Shown here: piece by piece, positions 20,421-30,008 of the stretch
How the letters are laid out: every line of letters starts with the position of its first letter
Numbering within the stretch: the stretch's first letter is position 1
Source: an uncultured Gemmatimonadaceae bacterium
GTDB taxonomy: Bacteria > Gemmatimonadota > Gemmatimonadetes > Gemmatimonadales > Gemmatimonadaceae
DNA length: 64,000 bases
Reading direction: 5' to 3'
NCBI GenBank assembly: GCA_963817955.1
Contig: CAWFQK010000004.1
Location: 768,001-832,000 of the forward strand
Translations under genes and position numbers: made by a program
The notes under the pieces: model-generated
Seen by the model: the letters and a program-made list of their open reading frames with translations, nothing else
What the model was told of the DNA's origin: nothing
The model's database searches: none

Positions 20421-21380
20421 TCAGGAATTTCCTGATGAGGTCGGCGAGCCGACGGCGGAACCCGTCTGTGAGCGTAACACCACCGCGCTGAGCGCGCGAA
20501 TGAAATCCGGATCGGCATTCGGCAGCTGCGTACGTCCGAGTCGCATGCCCAGCTCGGTCGCGCGTTCCTTCGCCTCGATGTCGATGTCGTAAAGAATCTC
20601 GAGGTGATCGGACACAAAACCGATCGGCACCTGCACCACCGTGCGCACGCCTTCGGCCGACAGGGTCTCGAGATAATCGAGAATGTCGGGCCCGATCCAC
20701 GGCTCCGTCGTGCCGCCCGCGCTCTGCCAGGCAAATCGCCAGTCGCTCAGCCCCATCTGCGCCGCGACCATTGCTGCGCTGTCCAACAGTTGCGCCTCGT
20801 AGGGATCGTTCGACTCACGAATGCGAACGGGAAGGCTATGCGCCGTGAACACGACTGTGGGCGCCGGTTCACCGGGCTGGGCCACGCCCGCGAGCGCAGC
20901 GCGAACACGGTCTGCCATCAACTCGACGAAGCCCGGTTCGTCGTACCAACTCCTGACGAACGTGATATCGAGCGGTAGCGGCAGCGCGGCGTTCGCCTCC
21001 TCGACCGCATGCCGGTATGCCCCGACACTCATGTGCGAGTAGTGGGGCGCGAGCGCCAGCGCGACCACCTCCTGGACGCCGGCCTCCGACATCGCCTGCA
21101 CGGCCTCCTCGATGAACGGATGCCAATGCTTCATCCCCACGAATACTGCACGCTTCTCGCCGCTCGACACGAGCTCCGATCGCAGCCCGTCGCGCACCGC
21201 TTCCGTGATCCGACGAAGCGGCGTGGCGCCGCCTATTCGTGTATAGCGCGCCTGCAGATTGGCGATTGCCTCGTCACTCGGCCGGCGACCGCGCCGGATG
21301 TGCGTGAAATAGTCGGCAACGTCCTCGAGCCGCTCCGGCGTCCCATAGGCCATCAACAGCACGCCACGCATGCGGCTCAT
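20421..21380 (-). CDS. hemH: Ferrochelatase (resembles coproporphyrin ferrochelatase CpfC)
   Basis: GVLLMAYGTP, TAHSLP, WQSAG...WIGPD, GFVSDHLEILYDID. Confidence 0.93.
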   Translation of the reverse strand: MSRMRGVLLMAYGTPERLEDVADYFTHIRRGRRPSDEAIANLQARYTRIGGATPLRRITEAVRDGLRSELVSSGEKRAVFVGMKHWHPFIEEAVQAMSEAGVQEVVALALAPHYSHMSVGAYRHAVEEANAALPLPLDITFVRSWYDEPGFVELMADRVRAALAGVAQPGEPAPTVVFTAHSLPVRIRESNDPYEAQLLDSAAMVAAQMGLSDWRFAWQSAGGTTEPWIGPDILDYLETLSAEGVRTVVQVPIGFVSDHLEILYDIDIEAKERATELGMRLGRTQLPNADPDFIRALSAVVLRSQTGSAVGSPTSSGNS

Positions 21381-22465
21381 TGCGTCGCAGGATGGGCAAC
21401 CAACTCGGCGGCTGGCAATGCCCCGCCCTGCTCCGGCACGTACGCACGCACACAGTCGACGGCAATCTGAACGTTGTCGACCGGCGTCTGCGGCATCAGT
21501 CCATGCCCAAGATTGAAGATGTGGCCTGGCCGTCCCGCCGCCCGGGCCAACACGGCGTTCACTGCGCGCCGGATGACCGCCGGCGGTCCGAGCAGCACCG
21601 TCGGATCCAGATTGCCCTGGATGCACTTCGTCGGTCCGATGATGTCCCACGCATGGTCGAGCGGAATGCGCCAATCGCAGCCGATGATATTCGCGCCGTC
21701 ATCTTTCATGTCACCGAGCAACATCGCCGTGTTGACGCCAAAGTGAATGAGCGGCGCGCCGAGGGTAGATAGCTCGCTGAAGATGCGGCGCGAATGCGGC
21801 TGTACGTACTCCCGGTAGTCCGACGAAGACAGGCAGCCAACCCAGCTGTCGAACACCTGGATCACGTCGACGCCGGCCGCGCGCTCCGCACGCAGGAAAC
21901 TGACGACCATGTCGGTGAGCCGAACCATCAACTCATGCCACACATCCGGCGCGCCGTACATGAGCGCCTTGGTCCGCGCAAAGTCACGCGATGATTTTCC
22001 TTCGATCAGATACGCGGCCAGCGTGAACGGCGCGCCGGCGAACCCGATCAGCGGCTTGCTATCGCCCAGCTCCACCTTGAGCATGCGAATCGTCTCCAGC
22101 ACGTACGGCAGATCGGTCTCCGGCTCCAGCGGACGCAGTCGTGCGACGTCCGCCGCCGTGCGTACCGGTTCGCGAATCACCGGCCCCACGCCATCCACGA
22201 TGTCGAGATCCACGCCGGCACCCACGAGCGGATGCATGATGTCGGCAAAGAGGATTGCCGCGTCCACATCGAACCGCCGCACCGGCTGAAGAGTGACCTC
22301 CGTGCAGACGTCGGGGCGCTTGCAGATGTCGAGCAGCGACAACTCGCCACGGACAGCCCGATACTCAGGCAACACGCGACCGGCTTGCCGCATGAACCAC
22401 ACCGGCGTGCGCTCGACAGGCTTGGCATGGGCGGCGCGCATGAACGCCGTGGATTGAATGCTCAT
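21377..22465 (-). CDS. hemE: Uroporphyrinogen decarboxylase
   Basis: PVWFMRQAGR, DAAILFADI, IGFAGAPFTLAAY, QGNLDP, FNLGHG. Confidence 0.97.
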   Translation of the reverse strand: MSIQSTAFMRAAHAKPVERTPVWFMRQAGRVLPEYRAVRGELSLLDICKRPDVCTEVTLQPVRRFDVDAAILFADIMHPLVGAGVDLDIVDGVGPVIREPVRTAADVARLRPLEPETDLPYVLETIRMLKVELGDSKPLIGFAGAPFTLAAYLIEGKSSRDFARTKALMYGAPDVWHELMVRLTDMVVSFLRAERAAGVDVIQVFDSWVGCLSSSDYREYVQPHSRRIFSELSTLGAPLIHFGVNTAMLLGDMKDDGANIIGCDWRIPLDHAWDIIGPTKCIQGNLDPTVLLGPPAVIRRAVNAVLARAAGRPGHIFNLGHGLMPQTPVDNVQIAVDCVRAYVPEQGGALPAAELVAHPATQ

Positions 22466-23943
22466 GGAGAAACGTCGGTAAGAGTGGGAACAGTGGCCGG
22501 CAACGCAGCGAGTGCCCGCGTCGCGGCGTCGATGCCGGACCGGACGCAGTCGGGAATGCCGACGCCGAGATACACGGCGCCAGCCAGCTCGAGACCTGAA
22601 ATATCGCTCACGCGCTCGGCAATGGCCGCCATTCGGCCGCGATGGCCAACAATGTACTGCGGCATCGCGCGCACGAATCGGTTGATTCGCGTGATGATCG
22701 GACGGGCGCTCACGCCCATCACCTCGAGCATTTCGGCGCGCGCCACGTCCAGCAACTGGGCGTCCGACCAGGTTTCGTACGGCGGGCGCCCGGCACCACC
22801 GAGAAAGAGCCGGAACAACGCGCGATTGGCCGGAGCCCGTTCAACGAACTTCGTCGACGCCCACGTGCAGGCGAGCACGGCACGGCCGTCGACGCGCGGT
22901 ACCACATAGCCGCTCGAGTCCAGCGGGCGGGACACGGCGTCGGCAGGGTAACCCAGCGAGATCGTGACCGTCGAGGCATACTCGAGGGCCGCGAGTTGCG
23001 CGCTGAGCGACGCGTCGATGTCGTGCAACAGTTCGGCGGTGACATACGCCGGCGTCGCGATGACGAGCGCGTTCGCAGCCAGCGTCTCGCCGCTGGTGAG
23101 GCGAACGCGAAACCGTCGCGCCGGAACACCTTTCATCTGATCGGCCGCTCCCATGCGCTCGATCATGGAAACGCGCGCCGACGTACGCATCTGCATGTGC
23201 GCGCCGAGCGGATCGCGCAAACGCACGGCCTGCACGACAGCGTCGACGAGCTCCTGCAGCCCCCGTGGAAACGAAACGAACGCACTGGTGCCGCCGGTCC
23301 GCGGGGGAGCGCCTCTCGCCGCACGCTTCGCCGCGAGCATCCCACGCACCAATCCGCCATGTTCGCGCTCGAACGCGCGGAGCTGCGGGAACATGGCGTC
23401 AATGCTGAGGCGCGACCCATCGCCCGCCGAAATGCCACTCAGCAGCGGTTCGACGAGGTTCTCATACATGCCGCGGCCCAGTCGGCGCACGACAAAGCTC
23501 TCGATGGATTCGTCGGCGTCGCCACGGCGCGGCCCAATGAAATAGTCCATCGCCACGCGCAGCTTGCTCAGGGGAGAGACGAGTCGCGTCGTGGCAAACG
23601 GGCCGAATCGGGACGGGACCAATCCCGTCAATCCCTCGGGGATGGGATGCAGGCGTCCGCGCCGAAGGATGAACGACCCGCGCGCGCGGGGATTGGTACC
23701 GATCAGTCGATCGGAGAGACCGACACGGCGCGCCAGCTCGATTGCCGCGGGTTTCGCCGACAGCAGGACGTCCGGTCCCGCTTCCATGATGAAATCATCA
23801 TCGCGGTCGGTGCGAATGTGACCGCCCAGCCGCGGCGCGGCTTCGAGCAGCGTGACCTGTACGGAAGGCGCAACGCGCGTGAGGTGTTCCAGTGCCGCAA
23901 GACCGCCAATCCCTCCGCCTACGATGACAACGTGTCCGCTCAT
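22462..23943 (-). CDS. hemY: HemY-type proto/coproporphyrinogen oxidase
   Basis: IVGGGIGGL FAD motif, EAGPD, VRRLG, MPQY, GVGIPDC. Confidence 0.93.
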   Translation of the reverse strand: MSGHVVIVGGGIGGLAALEHLTRVAPSVQVTLLEAAPRLGGHIRTDRDDDFIMEAGPDVLLSAKPAAIELARRVGLSDRLIGTNPRARGSFILRRGRLHPIPEGLTGLVPSRFGPFATTRLVSPLSKLRVAMDYFIGPRRGDADESIESFVVRRLGRGMYENLVEPLLSGISAGDGSRLSIDAMFPQLRAFEREHGGLVRGMLAAKRAARGAPPRTGGTSAFVSFPRGLQELVDAVVQAVRLRDPLGAHMQMRTSARVSMIERMGAADQMKGVPARRFRVRLTSGETLAANALVIATPAYVTAELLHDIDASLSAQLAALEYASTVTISLGYPADAVSRPLDSSGYVVPRVDGRAVLACTWASTKFVERAPANRALFRLFLGGAGRPPYETWSDAQLLDVARAEMLEVMGVSARPIITRINRFVRAMPQYIVGHRGRMAAIAERVSDISGLELAGAVYLGVGIPDCVRSGIDAATRALAALPATVPTLTDVSP

Positions 23944-25280
23944 CCCCCCAATCCGAACAGGTGACGAAGTGCCAGGGCATAGCCCGCCGATTGTCCGTGC
24001 TGCGCCTCCTGCCGCAGGCGCACCATCGGCTCGTGAAATAAGCGGTTGACCAGCGACTGAGAGAAGGCCTCGATCGCTGCGCGCTCGCCATTGCCGAGGT
24101 GCCCCATATCGCGCATGAGCCGTTCGATCGACGCCTGGCGCACGGACTCCATGTGCGACCGTAGGTCGGCGATGAGCGGCAACACGTCGAGCTGGCGCAG
24201 CTCGGCAATGCACTTCCCCGCCTCCTCCTCCACCACGCGCTCCACCTGCGGAATCTCGGCGACACGTTCCGCCAACGCATTCGTCACATGTCGCTCGAGA
24301 TCGTCGAGATCCCAGTAGCGAACGTTGTCCAGGTCGCGCACGGCCGGATCGACATCGCGCGGCACGCCGATATCGACGATCGCCAGCGGCCGGTCACGGC
24401 CAATCATGGCGTCCCGCACCATCTCACGCGACACGACGTGATGGGGCGCCGCCGTCGACGTGATGAGCACGTCGGCTTGCCGCAACTCGGCGGGGAGCGC
24501 TTCGAGCGCGGCCGATCGGGCATCGAAACGACTGCTGAGGTGCGACGCGTGCTCCGCCGTGCGGCTCACCACGCAGATGTCGCGCACGCCGCGATTGTGG
24601 AATGCCGATACGGCGAGTTCGCCCATCTCGCCCGCGCCCAACACGACGACGTGCGCCATGCGGAGCTCGCGAACGGTGTCGTCCACCAGCTTCACGGCGA
24701 GCGAACTGACGGTGGCCGGGTTCCGATTGATGCCCGTTTCCGTGCGCGCGCGACGTCCGGCGCGAATCGCGCCGTGAAACAAGACCGAGAGCGAATGTCC
24801 CGCGGCGCGCTGCGCCACGCCGGTGGCAAATGCGGACGAAACCTGCCCCAGAATCTGCGGCTCGCCAATGACCATGGATTCCAGGCCTGCAGCGGTCCGG
24901 CACAGGTGTCGCACGGCCTCGGCGCCCGTGTAGTGATACACCGCCGGCAGGAGCTCAGCCGCACTGACCCCTGTCTGCTCCTCGATGAGTCCGAGAAGCA
25001 CCTCGTAGCCGTCCGGTCCCGCTGCGGCGTACATCTCCAGGCGGTTGCAGGTGGAGAGAATCACCAGCTCACTGACGCCAGGGCGCACCTCCGTGCCGCA
25101 GCCGTAGCGCGCGAGGACCGATGCGACAGTGGTCTCGCTCAGTGCCAGCCGCTCGCGTAGCGCCACCGGCGCCGTACGGTGCGAGATGCCGACGCACAGA
25201 ATGTTCGCTCCGCCGCCAGGTGGCGGCTGATAGGTGGCGGAACGCTGGGCACCTGTTTCGGACGGCGCGATCGCGGTCAT
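23940..25280 (-). CDS. hemA: Glutamyl-tRNA reductase
   Basis: GISHRTAPVALRE, STCNRLE, GEPQILGQV, GAGEMG, DIGVPRDVDP. Confidence 0.96.
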   Translation of the reverse strand: MTAIAPSETGAQRSATYQPPPGGGANILCVGISHRTAPVALRERLALSETTVASVLARYGCGTEVRPGVSELVILSTCNRLEMYAAAGPDGYEVLLGLIEEQTGVSAAELLPAVYHYTGAEAVRHLCRTAAGLESMVIGEPQILGQVSSAFATGVAQRAAGHSLSVLFHGAIRAGRRARTETGINRNPATVSSLAVKLVDDTVRELRMAHVVVLGAGEMGELAVSAFHNRGVRDICVVSRTAEHASHLSSRFDARSAALEALPAELRQADVLITSTAAPHHVVSREMVRDAMIGRDRPLAIVDIGVPRDVDPAVRDLDNVRYWDLDDLERHVTNALAERVAEIPQVERVVEEEAGKCIAELRQLDVLPLIADLRSHMESVRQASIERLMRDMGHLGNGERAAIEAFSQSLVNRLFHEPMVRLRQEAQHGQSAGYALALRHLFGLGG

Positions 25281-26437
25281 GACGTGGCCGTCCCATCGAT
25301 CATGCGCCGGTAGCGCTGCGGCACGTGCACGCAGAACGGCTCGGCTTCCTGGAAGTCGCCCGTCATGCCGTACGCGCGCGCCCGACTGCCACCACACACA
25401 CTGCGGAACTCACAGACACCGCACTTGCCTTTGATCTGCGACCGATCCCGCAACGAGTTGAACAACGGCGACTCACGGTAGGTCTGAACCAGATCGTCGT
25501 TGCGCACGTTGCCGGCAACGATGGGCAGGAACCCGGACGGCATGATCTCGCCGATATGGCTGATGAACATGAACCCATCACCGTCGTTCACGCTCCGCGC
25601 CCGTCCAATGCCGTCGGAGAGCGAGAACATCACGCCGCCCGTCAGGGTATCCGGTGCCTCGTCGCGTTCACCGAGGTGCCGCTCGGCGACCTGCCGCTGA
25701 AGAATGACGCGTGAATACTGCGGGGCGGCAGTCGCTTTCACGTCGAAGGGTGCATGCTTCGACAGGTCGTACATCTTGTTGAAGAGCATCTCGAACTCTT
25801 CGGCGCTCGCCACGTCGCCCGGCTTGGCGCGACCCATGGGAACGAGGAAGAACACTTCCCAGAACACGATGCCCAGCCGCTCCATGAGTGCGGCGAGATT
25901 ATCGAAGTCGTCCACGTTGTGCCGCGCCATCACCGTGTTCACTTGCGTGGACAGGCCAATCCGGCGGCACTCCTCGAGAATCCTGATACCCCAGTCGAAC
26001 GAGCCGTCCACACGCCGGAAGGCGTCGTGGATGGCCGGATTGGAGCCGTCGAGACTCACGGCCAGGCGAGAGATGCCCGAATCCTTGAACTGCTGTATGG
26101 CTTCGACGGTGGCGAGCGGCGTCGTGGCCGGCGTAACCGCCATGCGGAGACCGAGATCGAATCCGTAGCGAATCAGCTCGAAGACGTCGGGCCGTTTGAG
26201 GCAGTCGCCTCCACTGAGCACGAACACCACCGGGCCGAACTCGCGCACTTTGCGCAGCATGGCCTTGGCTTCATCAGTGGAGAGCTCGTCGGGCCGGCGA
26301 TACGGCACCGCTTCGGCGCGGCAATGCCGGCAGGCGAGATCGCAAGCGCGCGTAGTTTCCCAGATCACTACGAACGGCGACTTATGGAAATCGAAGTCCG
26401 CGATTCCTGCCCGGTTTCGCGGATGGGGGGACGACAT
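25277..26437 (-). CDS. Radical SAM/SPASM protein, TIGR04053/AhbC-AhbD/NirJ-like
   Basis: IWETTRACDLACRHC, SLDG...HDAFR, SPASM region KGKCGVCEFRSVCGGSRARAY...EPFC. Confidence 0.9.
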   Translation of the reverse strand: MSSPHPRNRAGIADFDFHKSPFVVIWETTRACDLACRHCRAEAVPYRRPDELSTDEAKAMLRKVREFGPVVFVLSGGDCLKRPDVFELIRYGFDLGLRMAVTPATTPLATVEAIQQFKDSGISRLAVSLDGSNPAIHDAFRRVDGSFDWGIRILEECRRIGLSTQVNTVMARHNVDDFDNLAALMERLGIVFWEVFFLVPMGRAKPGDVASAEEFEMLFNKMYDLSKHAPFDVKATAAPQYSRVILQRQVAERHLGERDEAPDTLTGGVMFSLSDGIGRARSVNDGDGFMFISHIGEIMPSGFLPIVAGNVRNDDLVQTYRESPLFNSLRDRSQIKGKCGVCEFRSVCGGSRARAYGMTGDFQEAEPFCVHVPQRYRRMIDGTATS

Positions 26438-26592
26438 AGCGAGCTCCTCGGAAGGTCGGCCGGCGGGCGGGCTGCCCGATGGTTCCGCTCGCAAGGGAGG
26501 ATGCGCAACGTACCCCTTCAGTGCTGTCGGGAAAGGCACGAAGTCCACTCCGAATGCCCCGACATGAGTGTAGGCATTTACCTGACGGCGCG

Positions 26593-27003
26593 TTAGGCGC
26601 TTCCTCCCTCTTTCGATCCCAGCGCGTTGACATCGATCGGCCAACTGCCGGTCCGCCGCTCCGGCGGCTCGTCCGCGCGATACATGATGACCCGGGCCCG
26701 TTCGAGGGTGATCAGTCCCCCGCCAAGCATGCCGTCCAGCTCGGGAAGTATGGCCTGGATCTTCTCCTCTGTTTCGATGCATTCAATGACAATCGGCAGA
26801 TCGGTCGAGAGCTCGAGGAACCGGTCCGTGTGCAGCTTGGAGCTGGCGCCAAAGCCCATGATGCCGCGGAACACGGTCGCACCCGCGTAGTGCCGCGCCC
26901 GCAACAACTCGACGATCTGCTGATACAGCGGCTTGCCGTGAAAACGATCCGCCTCGCCCACATGGATGCGCATCAGGACGCGCTCTCCCTTGAACCCGTG
27001 CAT
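26593..27003 (-). CDS. DUF190 (PII-like) protein
   Basis: RIHVGEAD, AGATVFRGIMGFG, LSTDLPIVIE, GGLITLE; the usual crcB neighbour. Confidence 0.9.
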   Translation of the reverse strand: MHGFKGERVLMRIHVGEADRFHGKPLYQQIVELLRARHYAGATVFRGIMGFGASSKLHTDRFLELSTDLPIVIECIETEEKIQAILPELDGMLGGGLITLERARVIMYRADEPPERRTGSWPIDVNALGSKEGGSA

Positions 27004-27014
27004 GCTCCCTCCCG

Positions 27015-27410
27015 TCATGGACGTTGGCGCAACGCAAGCAACTGATTGGCCGCCGCGAAGCCGAGGAACGTTCCGGCCAGCGCGAGCGCCACGCTCGATC
27101 CAACGTACAGCGCCGCGCGACCATACTCTCCGTCCTGCATCAGCCCGGCGGTTTCATAGGTGAACGTGGAGAATGTGGTGTAGCCCCCGCAGAAGCCCGA
27201 TGTCAGCAGCACGCGAACTTCCGGGCTGATCGCGTCCGTCTGCAGCGCGTACCGCATGATGAACCCGAGCAGAAAGCTGCCCGTGATGTTGACCACCAGC
27301 GTGCCCGCCGGAAAATCGGCGCCCGCCCACTGCTGGACGAAGCTCGCGAAGTAGTAGCGCGCGAGCCCACCGAGCGCGGCTCCGATTGCCACCGACCAGA
27401 AGAGTCTCAT
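27015..27410 (-). CDS. crcB: Fluoride efflux channel Fluc/CrcB
   Basis: GAALGGLARY, FPAGTLVVNITGSF, GFCGGYTTFSTF. Confidence 0.96.
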   Translation of the reverse strand: MRLFWSVAIGAALGGLARYYFASFVQQWAGADFPAGTLVVNITGSFLLGFIMRYALQTDAISPEVRVLLTSGFCGGYTTFSTFTYETAGLMQDGEYGRAALYVGSSVALALAGTFLGFAAANQLLALRQRP

Positions 27411-27443
27411 GTGACGAAAATATCACCGGCTGGAGCGGACCGC

Positions 27444-27473
27444 TTGACAGATCAAGATTTTTTGGTATATACT
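27444..27473 (+). promoter_or_regulatory. Sigma70-type arsR promoter with an ArsR-type operator in the spacer
   Basis: TTGACA (27444) and TATACT (27468); ATCAA-N6-TTGGT at 27451-27466; GTG start 5 nt after the -10. Confidence 0.75.
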
Positions 27474-27478
27474 GCAGT

Positions 27479-27826
27479 GTGACCACAACGAGCAACGACC
27501 TCGCCCGCGCCGCGCGGCTCTTCCACGCCTTCTCCGACGAAACACGTCTCGCCGTCATCGACATGCTTCGTGACGGAGAACGATGCGTCTGCGAGTTGCA
27601 GGACGCGCTCGACGTCGCTCAATCGCGGTTGTCGTTCCACCTGAAGGTATTGAAGGACGTCGGGATCGTGACCGACCGCAAACAAGGTCGATGGGTGCAC
27701 TACGCACTCGACTGGGACGCATTCTCCGAAATCGAGACCGTACTTGCCGAGTTCAAGCCGTCGGCCCGTCGCACGGCGCTGCGCGTCCGTAGCGGCGGCG
27801 GCGGCGGCGGCGCATGCTGTGACTGA
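27479..27826 (+). CDS. arsR: ArsR/SmtB transcriptional repressor
   Basis: AFSDETRL, ERCVCEL, QSRLSFHLKVL, GRWVHY; C-terminal GGGGGGACCD. Confidence 0.93.
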   Translation: MTTTSNDLARAARLFHAFSDETRLAVIDMLRDGERCVCELQDALDVAQSRLSFHLKVLKDVGIVTDRKQGRWVHYALDWDAFSEIETVLAEFKPSARRTALRVRSGGGGGGACCD

Positions 27827-27878
27827 CGGTGAGGCACGAGATACGAGATACGGGACACACCTTTTTTTTCGGCAACAC

Positions 27879-27894
27879 ATCAACATTTCTTGAT
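27879..27894 (+). promoter_or_regulatory. Second ArsR-type operator upstream of arsM
   Basis: Perfect ATCAA-CATTTC-TTGAT inverted repeat matching the site in the arsR promoter. Confidence 0.7.
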
Positions 27895-27910
27895 CAAGAA
27901 CGAGGCTCCG

Positions 27911-28873
27911 ATGACCACCAAACAGAACGACGCGCCCATTCCGACCACCCTGGAAGAGATCCGCGCCACCGTACAAGCACGCTACGGCGCTGTCGCCGAG
28001 CGCGTCGCCACCGGGGATACCGGTGCAAGCTGCTGCGGGTCGAGTGGCTGCTGCGGGTCGTCCACCGAATCGTGGGACCCGATCACGGCGGATCTCTACG
28101 ATGCGGGCCAGACCGCTGGTCTGCCCGCCGAAGCGCTGCTCGCGTCGCTCGGCTGCGGCAACCCAACCGCGCTCGCGGAGCTCCACGCAGGTGAGATCGT
28201 ACTGGACCTGGGTTCCGGTGGCGGCATCGACGTGCTGCTGTCGGCCAAGCGCGTCGGTCCGACCGGCAAAGCATACGGCCTCGACATGACGGACGAGATG
28301 CTCGCGCTCGCCATCGAGAACAAGGAGAAAGCCGGCGCGACCAACGTCGAGTTCCTCAAGGGGCACATCGAATCCATTCCGCTGCCGTCCAATACCGTGG
28401 ACGTCATCATCTCCAATTGCGTGATCAATCTGTCTGGCGACAAACGGCAGGTGCTCGCCGAGGCATTCCGCGTGCTCAAGCCAGGCGGGCGCTTCGCCGT
28501 GAGCGACGTCGTCGTGCGCGGCGAGGTGCCGGACGCCCTGCGCCGGAGTATGGAATTGTGGAACGGCTGCATTGCCGGCGCACTCGAGGAACAAGAATTC
28601 CTCCAGCTGTTGCGCGACGTCGGGTTCGAAGATCCGTCAATTGAACCGACACGCATCTACACCACCGAGGATGCGGCAACGCTGATTGCGGGCACGGGCA
28701 TCGATCCGAAACTGGCAGCACTCGTCGATGGCAAGTTCATGAGCGCGTTCGTGCGCGCCACAAAGCCGGGCGCGTCGCGGAACGCGACGAAGAAGCCTCT
28801 CCGCGAGATGGCGAGCCTCGGCGCGGCGAAGTCGTCGCGCGACTGTGGCTGCAATGACGGCTGCTGCAACTGA
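27911..28873 (+). CDS. arsM: Arsenite S-adenosylmethionine methyltransferase
   Basis: SLGCGNP, LDLGSGGGID, ISNCVINL, WNGCIAGA; Cys clusters at both termini. Confidence 0.93.
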   Translation: MTTKQNDAPIPTTLEEIRATVQARYGAVAERVATGDTGASCCGSSGCCGSSTESWDPITADLYDAGQTAGLPAEALLASLGCGNPTALAELHAGEIVLDLGSGGGIDVLLSAKRVGPTGKAYGLDMTDEMLALAIENKEKAGATNVEFLKGHIESIPLPSNTVDVIISNCVINLSGDKRQVLAEAFRVLKPGGRFAVSDVVVRGEVPDALRRSMELWNGCIAGALEEQEFLQLLRDVGFEDPSIEPTRIYTTEDAATLIAGTGIDPKLAALVDGKFMSAFVRATKPGASRNATKKPLREMASLGAAKSSRDCGCNDGCCN

Positions 28874-28892
28874 GCAACGAGAGGACACGAGC

Positions 28893-30008
28893 ATGAGCAC
28901 GTCCACACAAGCCGCTCGCGTCGTGATGACCGATCGTCGTCTTTCCACGCTCGATCGCTTTCTGCCGTTGTGGATCGTCAGCGCAATGGCGCTCGGTCTC
29001 GCGGTGGGGCGCGCCTATCCGGGCCTGGGCGCAGTGCTCGACCGAGTGCAGATCGGCGGCGTATCCGTACCGATTGCGCTGGGGCTGTTGTGGATGATGT
29101 ATCCGGTGCTCGCGAAGGTGCGGTACGAAGCCATTGGCCGTCACACGCGGGACACGAAGCGGCTCGGCACGTCGATCATCCTGAATTGGCTGATCGGGCC
29201 CGTGGTGATGCTCGGGCTCGCGTGGCTATTCCTGCCAGACTTGCCGCATTACCGGAACGGCCTCGTACTGATCGGCCTCGCGCGCTGCATCGCAATGGTG
29301 CTGATCTGGAATTCGTTGGCCTGCGGTTCTGGCGAGCTGGCGGCCGTGCTCGTCGCACTCAACTCGGTCTTCCAGATCCTGACGTATTCGGTCCTCGGCT
29401 GGCTGTTTCTCACCGTGGTGCCGGCGTGGTTTGGCGCCGACACCGCGGCGTTGAACGTATCGATGGGCCAGATCGCGCGGAGTGTGGCCATCTTTCTTGG
29501 CGTGCCGCTGGTCGCCGGATTTCTCACGCGCAAGACGTTGGTCGCACGGCGCGGTGCGTCCTGGTATGACGATGTCTTCATTCGACGCATTGGCCCCACG
29601 GCGCTCGTCGGCCTGCTCTACACGATCGTTCTCATGTTCGCCATGCAGGGACAGCGCATTCTCGCCCTTCCCATGGACGTGCTTCGCATTGCCGCACCCC
29701 TGCTCGTGTACTTCGGTGTGATGTTCAGCCTCGCGTTCTGGCTGTCCATGCGATTGGGGTTCGGGTACGAGGACACCGCCGCGCTGTCATTCACCGCGGC
29801 GGGCAACAACTTTGAACTCGCCATCGCCGTTGCCGTCGCGACATTCGGCATCGACTCGGGCGAGGCACTCGCCGCCGTCATTGGGCCGCTGATCGAAGTC
29901 CCGGCGCTGGTAGCGCTCGTGTACGCGGCACTGTGGGCACGCGGTCAATTTTTCGGGGGCGTCATGTCATCGCCCGCCATCGCTCGAGGGCCGGGCGGTT
30001 TTTCTTAA
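28893..30008 (+). CDS. acr3: Acr3 family arsenite efflux transporter
   Basis: LSTLDRFLPLWI, MMYPVLAKV, GLARCIAMV, GNNFELAIAVA, GPLIEVP. Confidence 0.96.
   Translation: MSTSTQAARVVMTDRRLSTLDRFLPLWIVSAMALGLAVGRAYPGLGAVLDRVQIGGVSVPIALGLLWMMYPVLAKVRYEAIGRHTRDTKRLGTSIILNWLIGPVVMLGLAWLFLPDLPHYRNGLVLIGLARCIAMVLIWNSLACGSGELAAVLVALNSVFQILTYSVLGWLFLTVVPAWFGADTAALNVSMGQIARSVAIFLGVPLVAGFLTRKTLVARRGASWYDDVFIRRIGPTALVGLLYTIVLMFAMQGQRILALPMDVLRIAAPLLVYFGVMFSLAFWLSMRLGFGYEDTAALSFTAAGNNFELAIAVAVATFGIDSGEALAAVIGPLIEVPALVALVYAALWARGQFFGGVMSSPAIARGPGGFS

Noticed and set aside
27411..27478. Fluoride riboswitch upstream of crcB
   Set aside because: No GGCGATGG...CGCC core; the short spacer is occupied by promoter and operator elements
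27800..28880. Selenocysteine read-through at the Cys-adjacent TGA stops of arsR and arsM
   Set aside because: Both proteins are complete at those stops, the catalytic positions are Cys codons and no convincing SECIS is visible
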